DNA from: Candidatus Gottesmanbacteria bacterium
GTDB lineage: Bacteria; Patescibacteriota; Microgenomatia; 2-02-FULL-39-11
Reading direction: 5' to 3'
NCBI GenBank assembly: GCA_016195685.1
Contig: JACPZE010000003.1
Coordinates: 899 to 64,898, forward strand
DNA: 64,000 nucleotides
The notes beneath the pieces are model-generated. The model had not been told where the DNA came from. It was given only the letters and a program-made list of their open reading frames with translations, and did no database searches. Position 1 is the stretch's first letter, and the number at the start of each line of letters is the position of its first letter. The position numbers were made by a program, and so were the translations under genes. Positions 1-9,699 of the stretch are shown one piece after another.

Positions 1-20
1 AGTGAGGAAAATCCCAATGA

Positions 21-212
21 TCAGGAAGGTTTGGATGAAGAATAGTGGACTATTTTCTTTTTCAAAAATAAGATTACTCCTGAAATAGATTTCTTCCTAT
101 CAATTTTCAATTTATATAGTTCAGCCGGTACTGACAATTCACGATTGGCGGAACGGATAGCAAGAAAAATAGAAATGACCAAAATTACGAATATGCTTCC
201 CAAAATTATCAT
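21..212 (-). CDS. Small membrane protein, hypothetical
   Basis: 63-aa ORF with an N-terminal hydrophobic helix; start overlaps the stop of the upstream gene (ATGA coupling). Confidence 0.6.
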   Translation of the reverse strand: MIILGSIFVILVISIFLAIRSANRELSVPAELYKLKIDRKKSISGVILFLKKKIVHYSSSKPS

Positions 213-1192
213 TGTAAATACTCCTGGCCCAGAATAACTTTGATATCAGAAACATCCGTCTCATTACTCTCTTCCACACTACATTTATAAAACTTTTTTA
301 GTCTATCAACTATTATACTTGAAGATAGCTCGTGTCGAAAAGTAACTACCCTACAATTTCCATTTTCTTTTTGGACAGCCGTTGATTTCGAAACTACGTT
401 TGCGCCTAAATTATGTAAAATGCGGCTAAATTGAGAAGCAACCTTTTCCCGATCAGTGGCGTTTATCACCTCAACAGATACGTTTTGCAATCTGACTACT
501 TGGTCTTGAAAACTGGGAGAGAAAAATTGATCAAGTAAATCCGGGTCAGTTTTATAAACAATTGATCCATCTGGTAATTTCTCCTTTATCAAAGCATGAC
601 TATTAACCAAATCCACAATTTTTATATTATCGCTTCTTAAATATCTTACTGCATTCCAAAAGCGTACAATATCGGCCAGATTAAGATCAGTTTTGACATT
701 TTTAATTCCTGATTGGATTGAGAAGATTGACGGTAATAATCTTCTAAAAGAAAAATATTTTCTTTTTAAATCTAAAACTTTATCTAACTCAGTTGGTAAT
801 AAATACTTATCCGAATCGCCTCTAGCAAAAAAACCTCCTACCACAATACCGAAAGTGTTTTCAATACTTTTGCTCAATAATTTCCCCCCTCCTCTTTTTG
901 GATCCAGATTTCCTAACTCATAAACAGCACCTGCCGGATAGGTATTATATCCATATGGAACATCCAAAATCGTATTGACCGGTATGGTAACAAGTATAGC
1001 TTGATGCGTTGACGGTTCTAGTGAAAAAAGGAATAAAGGATTTCCATCTATTATTACCGTAAACCGACGCATACCATCCCACTTGCCGCCTGTTGTTAAT
1101 TTAACCACCAATATTAAAACCAAAAAAAATGTTGCCGCAACTAAAATTAGGCGGCAAATGCGAAAAAATTCTGCTCCCCTTTTTTTTCTCAT
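209..1192 (-). CDS. LytR/CpsA/Psr-like protein with LytR C-terminal domain
   Basis: N-terminal TM helix; C-terminal VEVINAT...SDIKVILGQEY is typical of the LytR_C domain. Confidence 0.7.
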   Translation of the reverse strand: MRKKRGAEFFRICRLILVAATFFLVLILVVKLTTGGKWDGMRRFTVIIDGNPLFLFSLEPSTHQAILVTIPVNTILDVPYGYNTYPAGAVYELGNLDPKRGGGKLLSKSIENTFGIVVGGFFARGDSDKYLLPTELDKVLDLKRKYFSFRRLLPSIFSIQSGIKNVKTDLNLADIVRFWNAVRYLRSDNIKIVDLVNSHALIKEKLPDGSIVYKTDPDLLDQFFSPSFQDQVVRLQNVSVEVINATDREKVASQFSRILHNLGANVVSKSTAVQKENGNCRVVTFRHELSSSIIVDRLKKFYKCSVEESNETDVSDIKVILGQEYLQ

Positions 1193-1203
1193 TGATTCGT
1201 ATT

Positions 1204-1350
1204 TCAGCTTTCTTGTTTGCCTTTCTTGATAATTTCTATACTCGGCAGAACAAAACTCTGTTTTTGAGTTAGGGTCCTTGCTTTCTTATCTAGCAATTCC
1301 TTTTTTGTTTTTTTCTTGTCTCCTTTATAAAAGCCTCCAAAATTACCCAC
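1204..1350 (-). CDS. Small basic protein (48 aa, MGNFGGFYKGDKKKTKKELLDKKARTLTQKQSFVLPSIEIIKKGKQES), absent from the ORF track
   Basis: GTG start preceded by a perfect SD (AAGGAGGTGA); open to TGA at 1204; upstream TTGACA-17-TGTAAT promoter and a leader hairpin. Confidence 0.7.
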   Translation of the reverse strand: MGNFGGFYKGDKKKTKKELLDKKARTLTQKQSFVLPSIEIIKKGKQES

Positions 1351-1488
1351 AATCACCTCCTTTAGAAACAGTTAATGAATAAAATTTACTCTTTCTTCAG
1401 CCCTCCGTTAAGGCTTACCGCCAAAGGCGGGATAAGTTAAGGCTGGTTATAATCATTAATTATATTACAATACATAATTATTCTGTTG

Positions 1489-3213
1489 TCAAAATCCATT
1501 ATGCGATCGGTATTCTCTCTGCAAATTTCTAACTTTCCCTTCTATTTCTTTCTCCTGTAAATTGAGCATATGAAGTAATTCTTCTGTCATAGAAATCGCG
1601 GCTTCGAATTCTGGTTGGACAATGGTATTTACACCAAGACTTTTTAATAATTTCCAATCTTCTTCAAAATGGGTTCTGACTATCAGTTTAACATTTGCAT
1701 TCAAAGTCAAAATGTTGGCTATAACTGTTTCTTGCGTATGACGATCGGCATAAGCCAAAATGACAACTTTAGCGTTTTTCACTTGGGCAAAATTAAGTAC
1801 GTCAATTTCCGCCGGATCTCCATAGATTACGGAAATCCCTTGCCTGCGCAAACTTCTTACTAATTTATGATTATAATCGATAACTATAAAAGGAATCTGG
1901 GAAATGGAAAGTGCATGACAAATATATTTTCCTACTCTGCCGTGACCCAAAACTACTACATGATTGGAGAGATCTTCAACTTCTTCATTTTTGGATCTGT
2001 CCAGGGTGGTAAATATTTTCCTACCCAAAGGAATAAAACTTATCGCATGCTTTAACCGATAATAAATTCTTTCGCCCAAACTTATAAAAGGAACCGATAC
2101 TATCAAGGAGATGAAGGAGACAGATAATATTGTCATGTAAATATCATTTGTTATCAAATTACTACTAAGCCCGATGATTGCCAAAATGAAGGCAAATTCT
2201 CCAACCGAAACTAGCGAAAATCCCACCAGGAATGCGGTTTTACTATGATATCCAAGCAATAAAACCAATATTATAGAAACAAGAAGCTTTACACTGATAA
2301 CGATTAAGGAAAATAATAGCAAAATGGCAGCGTGTGAAATAAAATAAGACGGGTTTACCATAAATCCCAAAGAAACAAAAAAAACCGTGGAAAATAAATC
2401 TCTTAAGGGACGTACTTCTGCAAAAATACCGTGATTAGCAGATGAAGTAGAAAGGATAATTCCGGCTATAAAAGCTCCTAGAGCAAAAGATAAACCAAAA
2501 TGTTGAAAAACATATGCAAATAATAAGCAGATTGAAACCGCTCCAATCAACAGTAATTCACGACTTTTAAAGTCTGCTATTTTCTCTATAATTTTGGGTA
2601 CGATATTTTTTCCTACGGTAATTACGAAAAAAAACGATAGCAATGCGAAAAAAAGACTTTTAGCAAATGTAAGTATTGGAGCAATCCCGATCCCTGGTCC
2701 TCTAATCAAATATGCTATCGTAGGCAAAAGAATAATAATGGGTAATGTATAGACATCCTGCATAAAAAGCCACCCTTGTGCCATCTCTCCATGCAGAGTT
2801 TCTAACTCTCCTTTGTCCGACAAGGTTTTCAAAACCAAAGCAGTTGAAGATAAAGAAAATACGCACCCTAAAAATAATGCACTGTAAAAATCTATTCCGA
2901 AAAGGGTAAAAATCAAGATAAACAGAAGTATGCAAAAAAATACCTGGACAAGAGAACCAAAAATTATAACTTCTCCTAAACTTTTAAGTTTTGACAAAGA
3001 AAATTCAAGCCCGAGTGTAAAAAGTAACATCGCTACGCCAATTTCTGCAATATTGCCGACTGCACTTCCAAAAGAATTAAACTTGGTAAAAAATGAGGAG
3101 ATAAATATTCCGCCAACAAGATATCCCAGTAGTATCGGCATCTTGAGCTTCTTAAATATTACGCCACCGATAAAAGCGGTAAGAAGTATTATGATGAGAT
3201 CCCGAATAAACAT
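1489..3213 (-). CDS. CPA2 cation:proton antiporter with TrkA-N domain (YbaL/KefB-like)
   Basis: Multiple TM helices with LLFTLGLEFS and SLSSTA motifs; C-terminal GHGRVG Rossmann/KTN domain. Confidence 0.9.
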   Translation of the reverse strand: MFIRDLIIILLTAFIGGVIFKKLKMPILLGYLVGGIFISSFFTKFNSFGSAVGNIAEIGVAMLLFTLGLEFSLSKLKSLGEVIIFGSLVQVFFCILLFILIFTLFGIDFYSALFLGCVFSLSSTALVLKTLSDKGELETLHGEMAQGWLFMQDVYTLPIIILLPTIAYLIRGPGIGIAPILTFAKSLFFALLSFFFVITVGKNIVPKIIEKIADFKSRELLLIGAVSICLLFAYVFQHFGLSFALGAFIAGIILSTSSANHGIFAEVRPLRDLFSTVFFVSLGFMVNPSYFISHAAILLLFSLIVISVKLLVSIILVLLLGYHSKTAFLVGFSLVSVGEFAFILAIIGLSSNLITNDIYMTILSVSFISLIVSVPFISLGERIYYRLKHAISFIPLGRKIFTTLDRSKNEEVEDLSNHVVVLGHGRVGKYICHALSISQIPFIVIDYNHKLVRSLRRQGISVIYGDPAEIDVLNFAQVKNAKVVILAYADRHTQETVIANILTLNANVKLIVRTHFEEDWKLLKSLGVNTIVQPEFEAAISMTEELLHMLNLQEKEIEGKVRNLQREYRSHNGF

Positions 3214-3217
3214 AATT

Positions 3218-3949
3218 TCAACTTAAAAGCAAAAGCGTATCTAAAACATCCTGTAAATCCTGTGGCAACTTACTATCAAACTCTAAAACTTTGTCTGAAA
3301 CTGGATGCGAAAATTTTAAATATTGAGCATGTAAAAATAGTCTTGGGCAAAATTTCACATCCCACCTAAAAGTCTTCCTGCCTGCATAGAAACTATCAGA
3401 AACGACAGGGTGTCCTAGATATTTTAAGTGTATCCGTATTTGATGAGTCCGTCCAGTATGTGGAGTCACTTCAAGAAGCGTAAGTATTTCTCCTTTAGGT
3501 GACTTAAGTGACTTAAGTGATTTATAGAAAGTCATCGCTTCCCTACCCCCAGGCAATACTCCGAACCTTTCTCTGTTCCATGGCAGTCTTCCTACACTCG
3601 CTTTGATTTCACCCTCACCTGGAACAACATTTCCATGTACAAGTGTCTTATATTTTTTGGCGATTTGCCTTTCTTTAAATTGTTGCTGAAGAGTGAAAAA
3701 TGCTTGAGGGTTTTTCGCTATTATTAAAAGTCCAGAAGTATCTTTATCTAGTCTATGAACAATTCCCGCTCTACTATAAAAATCAGTTTCCTCTGTGACT
3801 TTTAACTTTTCACTTTTAACTTTTAACTTCTTTTCCGCCCAATCTTGAATTGTTTCAACCTTCACCGATTCTGCTTTATTCACCACTACTCCTGCGGGTT
3901 TATCTATTACAAGAAAACTGTCATCCTCAAAAATGATGGGGATTTGCAT
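3218..3949 (-). CDS. RluA/RluD family pseudouridine synthase
   Basis: DKPAG, HRLDKDTSG, TGRTHQIRIH and LFLHA motifs. Confidence 0.95.
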   Translation of the reverse strand: MQIPIIFEDDSFLVIDKPAGVVVNKAESVKVETIQDWAEKKLKVKSEKLKVTEETDFYSRAGIVHRLDKDTSGLLIIAKNPQAFFTLQQQFKERQIAKKYKTLVHGNVVPGEGEIKASVGRLPWNRERFGVLPGGREAMTFYKSLKSLKSPKGEILTLLEVTPHTGRTHQIRIHLKYLGHPVVSDSFYAGRKTFRWDVKFCPRLFLHAQYLKFSHPVSDKVLEFDSKLPQDLQDVLDTLLLLS

Positions 3950-4011
3950 GGGAAAATTGATATTGGAGATTATTAATTGGTTCTAGATATGTTACCCAAT
4001 TAACAATCCTT

Positions 4012-4374
4012 TTATTTTTTTTCTCTTTTCCTCTCACAATCTACGCAGTAAAGAGCTGTTGGTTTCACTGTCAATCTTTCGATACTGATCATCTTACCGC
4101 AGGACAAACATTTTCCGTAGATTCCTTTTTTAATCCGCAATAAAGCTTCTTCGATCTCAGACATATGCAAACGCAACTCCTTTTCCAGTGCCTGCATTCG
4201 TTCATGTGATATCTCTTCCTTGGCGTCGGTATCAGAAGCAGCGTTATCATTTAGCCTATCAGGGTCAGAAAATGGATCTTGGGATTTAAGCGACGTAATT
4301 GTAGTATCGACTTTTCTTTTTTCTTTAAGTAATGATAAATTTATTTTTTTCAGAAAATCAAGTGTAATTTTCAT
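4012..4374 (-). CDS. TraR/DksA family C4 zinc-finger protein
   Basis: ALLRIKKGIYGKCLSCG...ERL...CVDC. Confidence 0.9.
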   Translation of the reverse strand: MKITLDFLKKINLSLLKEKRKVDTTITSLKSQDPFSDPDRLNDNAASDTDAKEEISHERMQALEKELRLHMSEIEEALLRIKKGIYGKCLSCGKMISIERLTVKPTALYCVDCERKREKK

Positions 4375-5128
4375 TATTTTTTTGGCTCCTCCTTTTAAAT
4401 TTTATAATCAGCGGAACTACAATTGCCACAAGCAATATTAAAACACCTACCTGGCGAAAACTCAGACCATATAAGTATAGGTTATAAACTTTTAGGAATT
4501 CAAGTAGGAATATAATCAACGCAAGACCTATTCCGAAAATGGATGCGACCAACCCTTCGGGCAAAATATTTCTTTTAACCCGTTTGTAAATAAGATAAAG
4601 TATTAATGTAAGTATAGATAACAAAAATGCTTCATAAAGTTCTACAGGATGATGTTTTCCCGGTAACCCTATAATTTTTATTCCCAGAAAAAAGTTCGTT
4701 TCTCGACCAAATCCTGCACCACCTAGTTGTTCACCAAGTTTGGCAAGAATCAGGGCAAAACTGGAAGCAAGCGAAAAAAGATCCAGTAGCTTCCAAAAGT
4801 TTCTTTTTATTCTCCTGGCATACCAAAAAAGGAAAATAAATCCACCAAATAATCCGCCCACAAGGGATAAACCAGGAGTTTCCCTGACTACGATATATTT
4901 GAGAAAATTCAGTCCGAATTCATTAAAATGAAATAGGATAAACCCTAGTCTGCTAGCGATTAATGATGCTAAACTTGTATAAAGAAAAGCATCTAAGTAT
5001 TCCTCCTCGGCAAGTTCCTCTTTGGCATTTTTCCATACAATAAAAGTGGAAAAAAGAAATGCTAAAGAGAGAAAAAATCCGAATGCGTAAACATTAAATG
5101 ACCCGATGGTAAAAAGTACAGGAGACAT
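4358..5128 (-). CDS. lgt: Prolipoprotein diacylglyceryl transferase
   Basis: MSPVLFTIG start, SRLGF, GLSLVGG, HPVELYEA motifs; multi-TM. Confidence 0.85.
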   Translation of the reverse strand: MSPVLFTIGSFNVYAFGFFLSLAFLFSTFIVWKNAKEELAEEEYLDAFLYTSLASLIASRLGFILFHFNEFGLNFLKYIVVRETPGLSLVGGLFGGFIFLFWYARRIKRNFWKLLDLFSLASSFALILAKLGEQLGGAGFGRETNFFLGIKIIGLPGKHHPVELYEAFLLSILTLILYLIYKRVKRNILPEGLVASIFGIGLALIIFLLEFLKVYNLYLYGLSFRQVGVLILLVAIVVPLIIKFKRRSQKNNENYT

Positions 5129-5129
5129 A

Positions 5130-6413
5130 TTAGTTAATCGTAGTATTTACTTTTCTCCTTTGCAAGTAATGGTAAATTCCACTTATAAGTACTAATACCC
5201 CGATGACCGAAAGTGCCCTACCAACACCAGCAACATCAGCAAGAATACCGGAAAAAATACCAGGAAGTATTGAAACTCCACCTGTGAGTGATGTTAATAC
5301 ACCATAGATACGACCCTGCATTTTGGTATCTGAATCAGATTGTAAAATAGCATTTGCCGGAACGCTTACGAAAGAATTAAAAATCCCCAGAAAAAATAAA
5401 AGACCAATTGCCATCATAAGATTATTTAGTACAAACCGTCTGTGCAAAAAATATATAAACAGACCAATACTGGGTTTCCCCGCTTTGGTCAAAAGAGACA
5501 ACAAAAGTAAACAAAAAGCAACACCCCACATCCCCAAAAGTATGATCGTGCCTTTAAGATATCTATTCCCAAATCCTCCCACCCAAAATGCTCCCAAAAC
5601 TAAACCGATCGCTGCTGGACCCATGATCAAATATGAAGCATCTTTAAGATCTATATTTAGTATTCTGTCAGAAAACCCAGGACCCAATACCGCTAGTGTC
5701 GCTATAAGTGCTTGAGAAAAAGTAAGAAGAAGTAAACTTTGCCTTACACGAATATTTTCCCGGATAAAAAGTAAGCCTTCTTTTGTCGTATCCGTGAAAA
5801 GACTAAATGTTATATTTATTTTGGATTTTCCTTTTGTAGCTTTTATACTGGGTAATAAATAAATAAACGCTGTAGCCAAAATCATAAGACTTCCCATAAA
5901 TAGATAGACAAAAGTTTCACCAAAAAGGCGAATCATTGGTCCGGAGAGAATAAATCCTAAAACAGTGGATAAATAAAAACTGATCGTAAAAAGAGAGTTG
6001 GCGGTAAGAATTTGTGAAGGCTCAACCAAATTCGGAATAGATGGTGCCTCGGCTGGAATAAAAAATTGGGTACTTATGGAGATAAGTATTGCCAGAATAA
6101 AAATAGCAAGAATGTTATTTGCAAATAAAAAAAATCCGATAAAAATAAAAACTCTAGAAATATTACACAATAAAAGGACAATTCTTTTATCATAAAAATC
6201 GACAATCCCTCCGGCTACTACCCCAAAAATAACCGACGGAATAGCAAAACATAAAAGCATCAAAGATACTACCGTACTAGACCTGGTAGTTTGATATACC
6301 ATGATTGCCAGAACAAAAATAAGCATGTTTAAGGAAATTTGAGAGGTAATTTGACCAAGCCAAATATTGCGGAAATTTGTATTTTTTATAACTGAAATGT
6401 AGGAGTTCAGCAT
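5130..6413 (-). CDS. MFS transporter (DHA3/MefA-like)
   Basis: About 12 TM helices; NFRNIWLGQ, GGIVDFYDK, QFFIPA motifs. Confidence 0.9.
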   Translation of the reverse strand: MLNSYISVIKNTNFRNIWLGQITSQISLNMLIFVLAIMVYQTTRSSTVVSLMLLCFAIPSVIFGVVAGGIVDFYDKRIVLLLCNISRVFIFIGFFLFANNILAIFILAILISISTQFFIPAEAPSIPNLVEPSQILTANSLFTISFYLSTVLGFILSGPMIRLFGETFVYLFMGSLMILATAFIYLLPSIKATKGKSKINITFSLFTDTTKEGLLFIRENIRVRQSLLLLTFSQALIATLAVLGPGFSDRILNIDLKDASYLIMGPAAIGLVLGAFWVGGFGNRYLKGTIILLGMWGVAFCLLLLSLLTKAGKPSIGLFIYFLHRRFVLNNLMMAIGLLFFLGIFNSFVSVPANAILQSDSDTKMQGRIYGVLTSLTGGVSILPGIFSGILADVAGVGRALSVIGVLVLISGIYHYLQRRKVNTTIN

Positions 6414-6425
6414 TTAAAAATGAAC

Positions 6426-7925
6426 TTATAAGTTTCCCAATATGTACTCCAGAAGAGTTCTTACCCCAAAACCTACCCCTCCGATAGAAGAAAGAGGAGT
6501 ATCGCGTTCGGCGAAAGCAGGACCAGCTATATCCAGATGTACCCAAGGCGTATCCCCAACGAACTCAGCCAAAAATAAAGCGGCGGTAATGGCTCCACCG
6601 TATCTGCCTGTCTGGATGTTTTTGACGTCTGCAATGTGGCTCTTGATAAGGGATTTATAGTCGGAAAAAAGCGGCATGTTCCATACCCATTCGCCTACAT
6701 TTTCTCCTGATTTACTTATAGAATCTATAAGTTTGGTATTATTCCCCCACATACCGGCAATATCATCACCTAAAGCAACCATGCACGCACCCGTCAGTGT
6801 AGCTAAATCTATGATTTCATCAGGTTTCTCTTTCAAATTGGCATAAGATATGGCATCGGCTAAAGTAAGTCTTCCTTCAGCATCGGTATTGAGTACTTCA
6901 ATCGTCTTTCCGTTCATGGCTTTTAGTATGTCTCCGGGTTTTAATGCTTTTCCAGAAGGCATATTTTCACAAGCGGCTATAAGACCCACTACCTCAATAA
7001 TAGGATTTAAAAGTGTGATGGCATGAAATACTGCTAAAATTGCAGCTGCTCCGGCCATATCCAGTTTCATCGTTTCCATGTGCTCGGCTGACTTAAGAGA
7101 AAGTCCGCCGGTATCAAAAGTGATCCCTTTACCTATTAACACTATTTTTTTCGACGATCCGGCAGGTTTATACGATAAATGGATAAATTTTGGCGGTTTA
7201 TCACTGCCCGATGCTACCCCCAGAAATGAATTCATTCCTAATTTGGCTATTTCATCCTTGTCCATAATTTTTACTTTCACGGTGTTTTTACTTTCCTTTG
7301 CAATATTTAAAGCAACATCAGCTAAATAACTAGGTGAGGTAATTTCAGGAGGTTCATTTATAAGATCACGGGCGAAAACAGTTGAATTGGAAAATATTTC
7401 ACCCTTCCGCATTCCTTCTTCACCCAAAGTTAATTTGGGTGCGGAAAGAGATAATAGGACTTCTTCGATAGGGCGATTATTTTTCTGTTCCTCCTCACCT
7501 TTGTATTTGATAAATTTATATGAGGAAAGATTAACTGCCTCTACAACGGATTGAATGACTCTTTCCACCGGATATTTTTTCATCCAATAATCATCTACTA
7601 TTAAGGCTATTTTGGCCGGTTTAGTATCTATAACGCGTTTGATGGAAGTTGCAATCAATTTGTATAGTTTGTAGATATCAAATTCCTCTTTTTTACCTAT
7701 CCCAAACAAAAAAAACTTATACGCTGCTAAATCACCTTTGGGATAAACAAACAGTGTTTGACTCTCTTTCCCTTTGAATTCTTCCTTTTCGGCAAGAGTT
7801 TTTAATTCATCTAAAAAAGCCTTGGGGAGCGACGCGACATTTGAAAATTCTCCTTCCCAACAGTATTTTATAAGCACATCGACTTCTAGTTTTTCTGGAT
7901 TTGTAGGTTTGAGAAGAAATTTCAT
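6426..7925 (-). CDS. pepA: Leucyl aminopeptidase (M17)
   Basis: GKGITFDTGG, MKLDMAG, NTDAEGRL, HLDIAG motifs; likely start MKFLLK at 7925. Confidence 0.95.
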   Translation of the reverse strand: MKFLLKPTNPEKLEVDVLIKYCWEGEFSNVASLPKAFLDELKTLAEKEEFKGKESQTLFVYPKGDLAAYKFFLFGIGKKEEFDIYKLYKLIATSIKRVIDTKPAKIALIVDDYWMKKYPVERVIQSVVEAVNLSSYKFIKYKGEEEQKNNRPIEEVLLSLSAPKLTLGEEGMRKGEIFSNSTVFARDLINEPPEITSPSYLADVALNIAKESKNTVKVKIMDKDEIAKLGMNSFLGVASGSDKPPKFIHLSYKPAGSSKKIVLIGKGITFDTGGLSLKSAEHMETMKLDMAGAAAILAVFHAITLLNPIIEVVGLIAACENMPSGKALKPGDILKAMNGKTIEVLNTDAEGRLTLADAISYANLKEKPDEIIDLATLTGACMVALGDDIAGMWGNNTKLIDSISKSGENVGEWVWNMPLFSDYKSLIKSHIADVKNIQTGRYGGAITAALFLAEFVGDTPWVHLDIAGPAFAERDTPLSSIGGVGFGVRTLLEYILGNL

Positions 7926-7983
7926 TTGTTTGACTAATACGAGTGTACAAAATATAATGATTGGAGTCAATTAGACGATCAAT

Positions 7984-8068
7984 GCCGAGGTGGCGGAATG
8001 GCAGACGCGCAGGTCTCAAAAACCTGTGGGCCTCAAAGCCCATGAGGGTTCGACTCCCTCCCTCGGCA
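7984..8068 (+). tRNA. tRNA-Leu(CAA)
   Basis: GCCGAGG/CCTCGGC acceptor stem, CAGGT-CTCAAAA-ACCTG anticodon arm, long variable arm, GAGGGTTCGACTCCCTC T-arm; CCA not fully encoded. Confidence 0.97.
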
Positions 8069-8141
8069 CATATAATTTATCACTAAATAAATTTAGGTCA
8101 TGAAATTTTTAGTATAGTATAATGAGTTTATTGATTAAAAA

Positions 8142-9566
8142 ATGTCTAAACAACAAGCAACAAAGACAAAAACCTATTTGTTCGTTGGAATTTCAATTCC
8201 TTTATTACTAATAATACTTGTTTACTTCTTAAACAAAACATACAATTATTCCTCTATAGTTCATTCAGAACCGGCAGTAAAACCAATCGAACCTGAACCT
8301 CATCAGGTTCTTGTCTGTCCTGAGAATGAAAAAGACAAACCCAATAACAATTGTAATTATTTCGGAGGAAATGGTCTTGCTAAAGCCATAAATGACGCGG
8401 ATAAAAACATTGATACCATAATCAAATTAAAACCTTCAGAATATACCAGACTAGAAAATTCGGAGACATTTACAGATAATGAAGGAATCAATCAGAAATG
8501 CTTCCTCTACTCGAAAGACAAAAATATCAAACTAGTTGGTCTTGAATCTGACGATCATACAAAACCAATTATCAACGGCCGAGGCATGGATAATCCTATG
8601 TCCGGTATTTGTATTGATGGAGGTCATTTTGAAATAAGCAACATAATACTAAAAGATTTTCTAAGATCTACTACGTTTTGCACAAAAGAGGACGTCGATT
8701 GCTCTGAAGGATCCGGAATTGCTATCTTGTCCTACAATTCAGAAATTACCATAAAATCAGTAATTCTGGGAACGGGAAATTTCAGTGCAATGAAATCTGA
8801 TAATTCTAACCTGGCAATTTCTGATTCAGATATTGCAGAAAACTCTGATGGAATATCACTGTATAATGGTTCCATAAAAGTTTCCGGCTCCAGATTTTAT
8901 AACAATCGCTTTTCAGCTGGATATTACGTTAACTCAGATGTAGTTTTCCAAAATAATATATTTTTTGAAAATGGACCAAAAGGAGGAATGAACCTTTATA
9001 ATTCTAACAAAACTCCTAACTATACCATCATTAATAATACTTTTTATAAGAATACATATGCCAATTTGAATATAGAAATCGGTTATGGCAGCGATTCTCC
9101 ATTCATGAAAATAACCAATAATATTTTCACAGATGCACAAGTCTATTTTGGTTCGCTAGGAAGCTGGGGTGAAGGTATTCACTTGGAAGATTACGATAAT
9201 TATCTAGCCAAAAAACCCGAGAATTTCGATATAGGTTTCAACCTTTTTTGGAAAAATGGCAATACACCGGAAAAGTATTGTGCAAATAACTATTTATTAT
9301 GTAACATGAAAGGATCAATTATTGGCAAAGATCCCTTATTTAATAATCCAAATGAAAAAGATTTCCGATTGAAAACCGGTTCTCCAGCCATAAATGCCGG
9401 AGCAAATGGCTTAACGATTGGAGCTATTGAGCAAACTGTAGATACTACAAGTGAGGATAAAAAACCGGCTATTCCGAATGATCAACCTGTTCCTGAAACT
9501 GATACTCCAGTAGAAGCATCATCACCCACTGAAACACCATCTCCAGACTCAACTTATAATCCGTAA
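8142..9566 (+). CDS. Membrane-anchored right-handed beta-helix (pectin-lyase-like) surface protein
   Basis: N-terminal TM helix; Asn-rich repeats (FQNNIF, INNTF, ITNNIF); C-terminal DPLF...DFRLKTGSPAINAG; Pro/Thr-rich tail. Confidence 0.75.
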   Translation: MSKQQATKTKTYLFVGISIPLLLIILVYFLNKTYNYSSIVHSEPAVKPIEPEPHQVLVCPENEKDKPNNNCNYFGGNGLAKAINDADKNIDTIIKLKPSEYTRLENSETFTDNEGINQKCFLYSKDKNIKLVGLESDDHTKPIINGRGMDNPMSGICIDGGHFEISNIILKDFLRSTTFCTKEDVDCSEGSGIAILSYNSEITIKSVILGTGNFSAMKSDNSNLAISDSDIAENSDGISLYNGSIKVSGSRFYNNRFSAGYYVNSDVVFQNNIFFENGPKGGMNLYNSNKTPNYTIINNTFYKNTYANLNIEIGYGSDSPFMKITNNIFTDAQVYFGSLGSWGEGIHLEDYDNYLAKKPENFDIGFNLFWKNGNTPEKYCANNYLLCNMKGSIIGKDPLFNNPNEKDFRLKTGSPAINAGANGLTIGAIEQTVDTTSEDKKPAIPNDQPVPETDTPVEASSPTETPSPDSTYNP

Positions 9567-9659
9567 ATTCCGGTTCCTAACTTTGATAAATCTTTTATAT
9601 TAAATATATTAATAGCTATATCATTCCGAAATTTCAAGAATAAATTTATCCATAGCCCA

Positions 9660-9675
9660 ACTCCCTCCCTCGGCA
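9660..9675 (+). repeat. 16-bp direct repeat of the tRNA-Leu 3' end (attR-like)
   Basis: ACTCCCTCCCTCGGCA is identical to 8053-8068. Confidence 0.85.
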
Positions 9676-9699
9676 TCAAAATATTATTTTAAATAATTT

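Noticed and set aside
7807-8043. 78-aa ORF antisense to the tRNA
   Set aside because: Typical translation of a tRNA reverse complement
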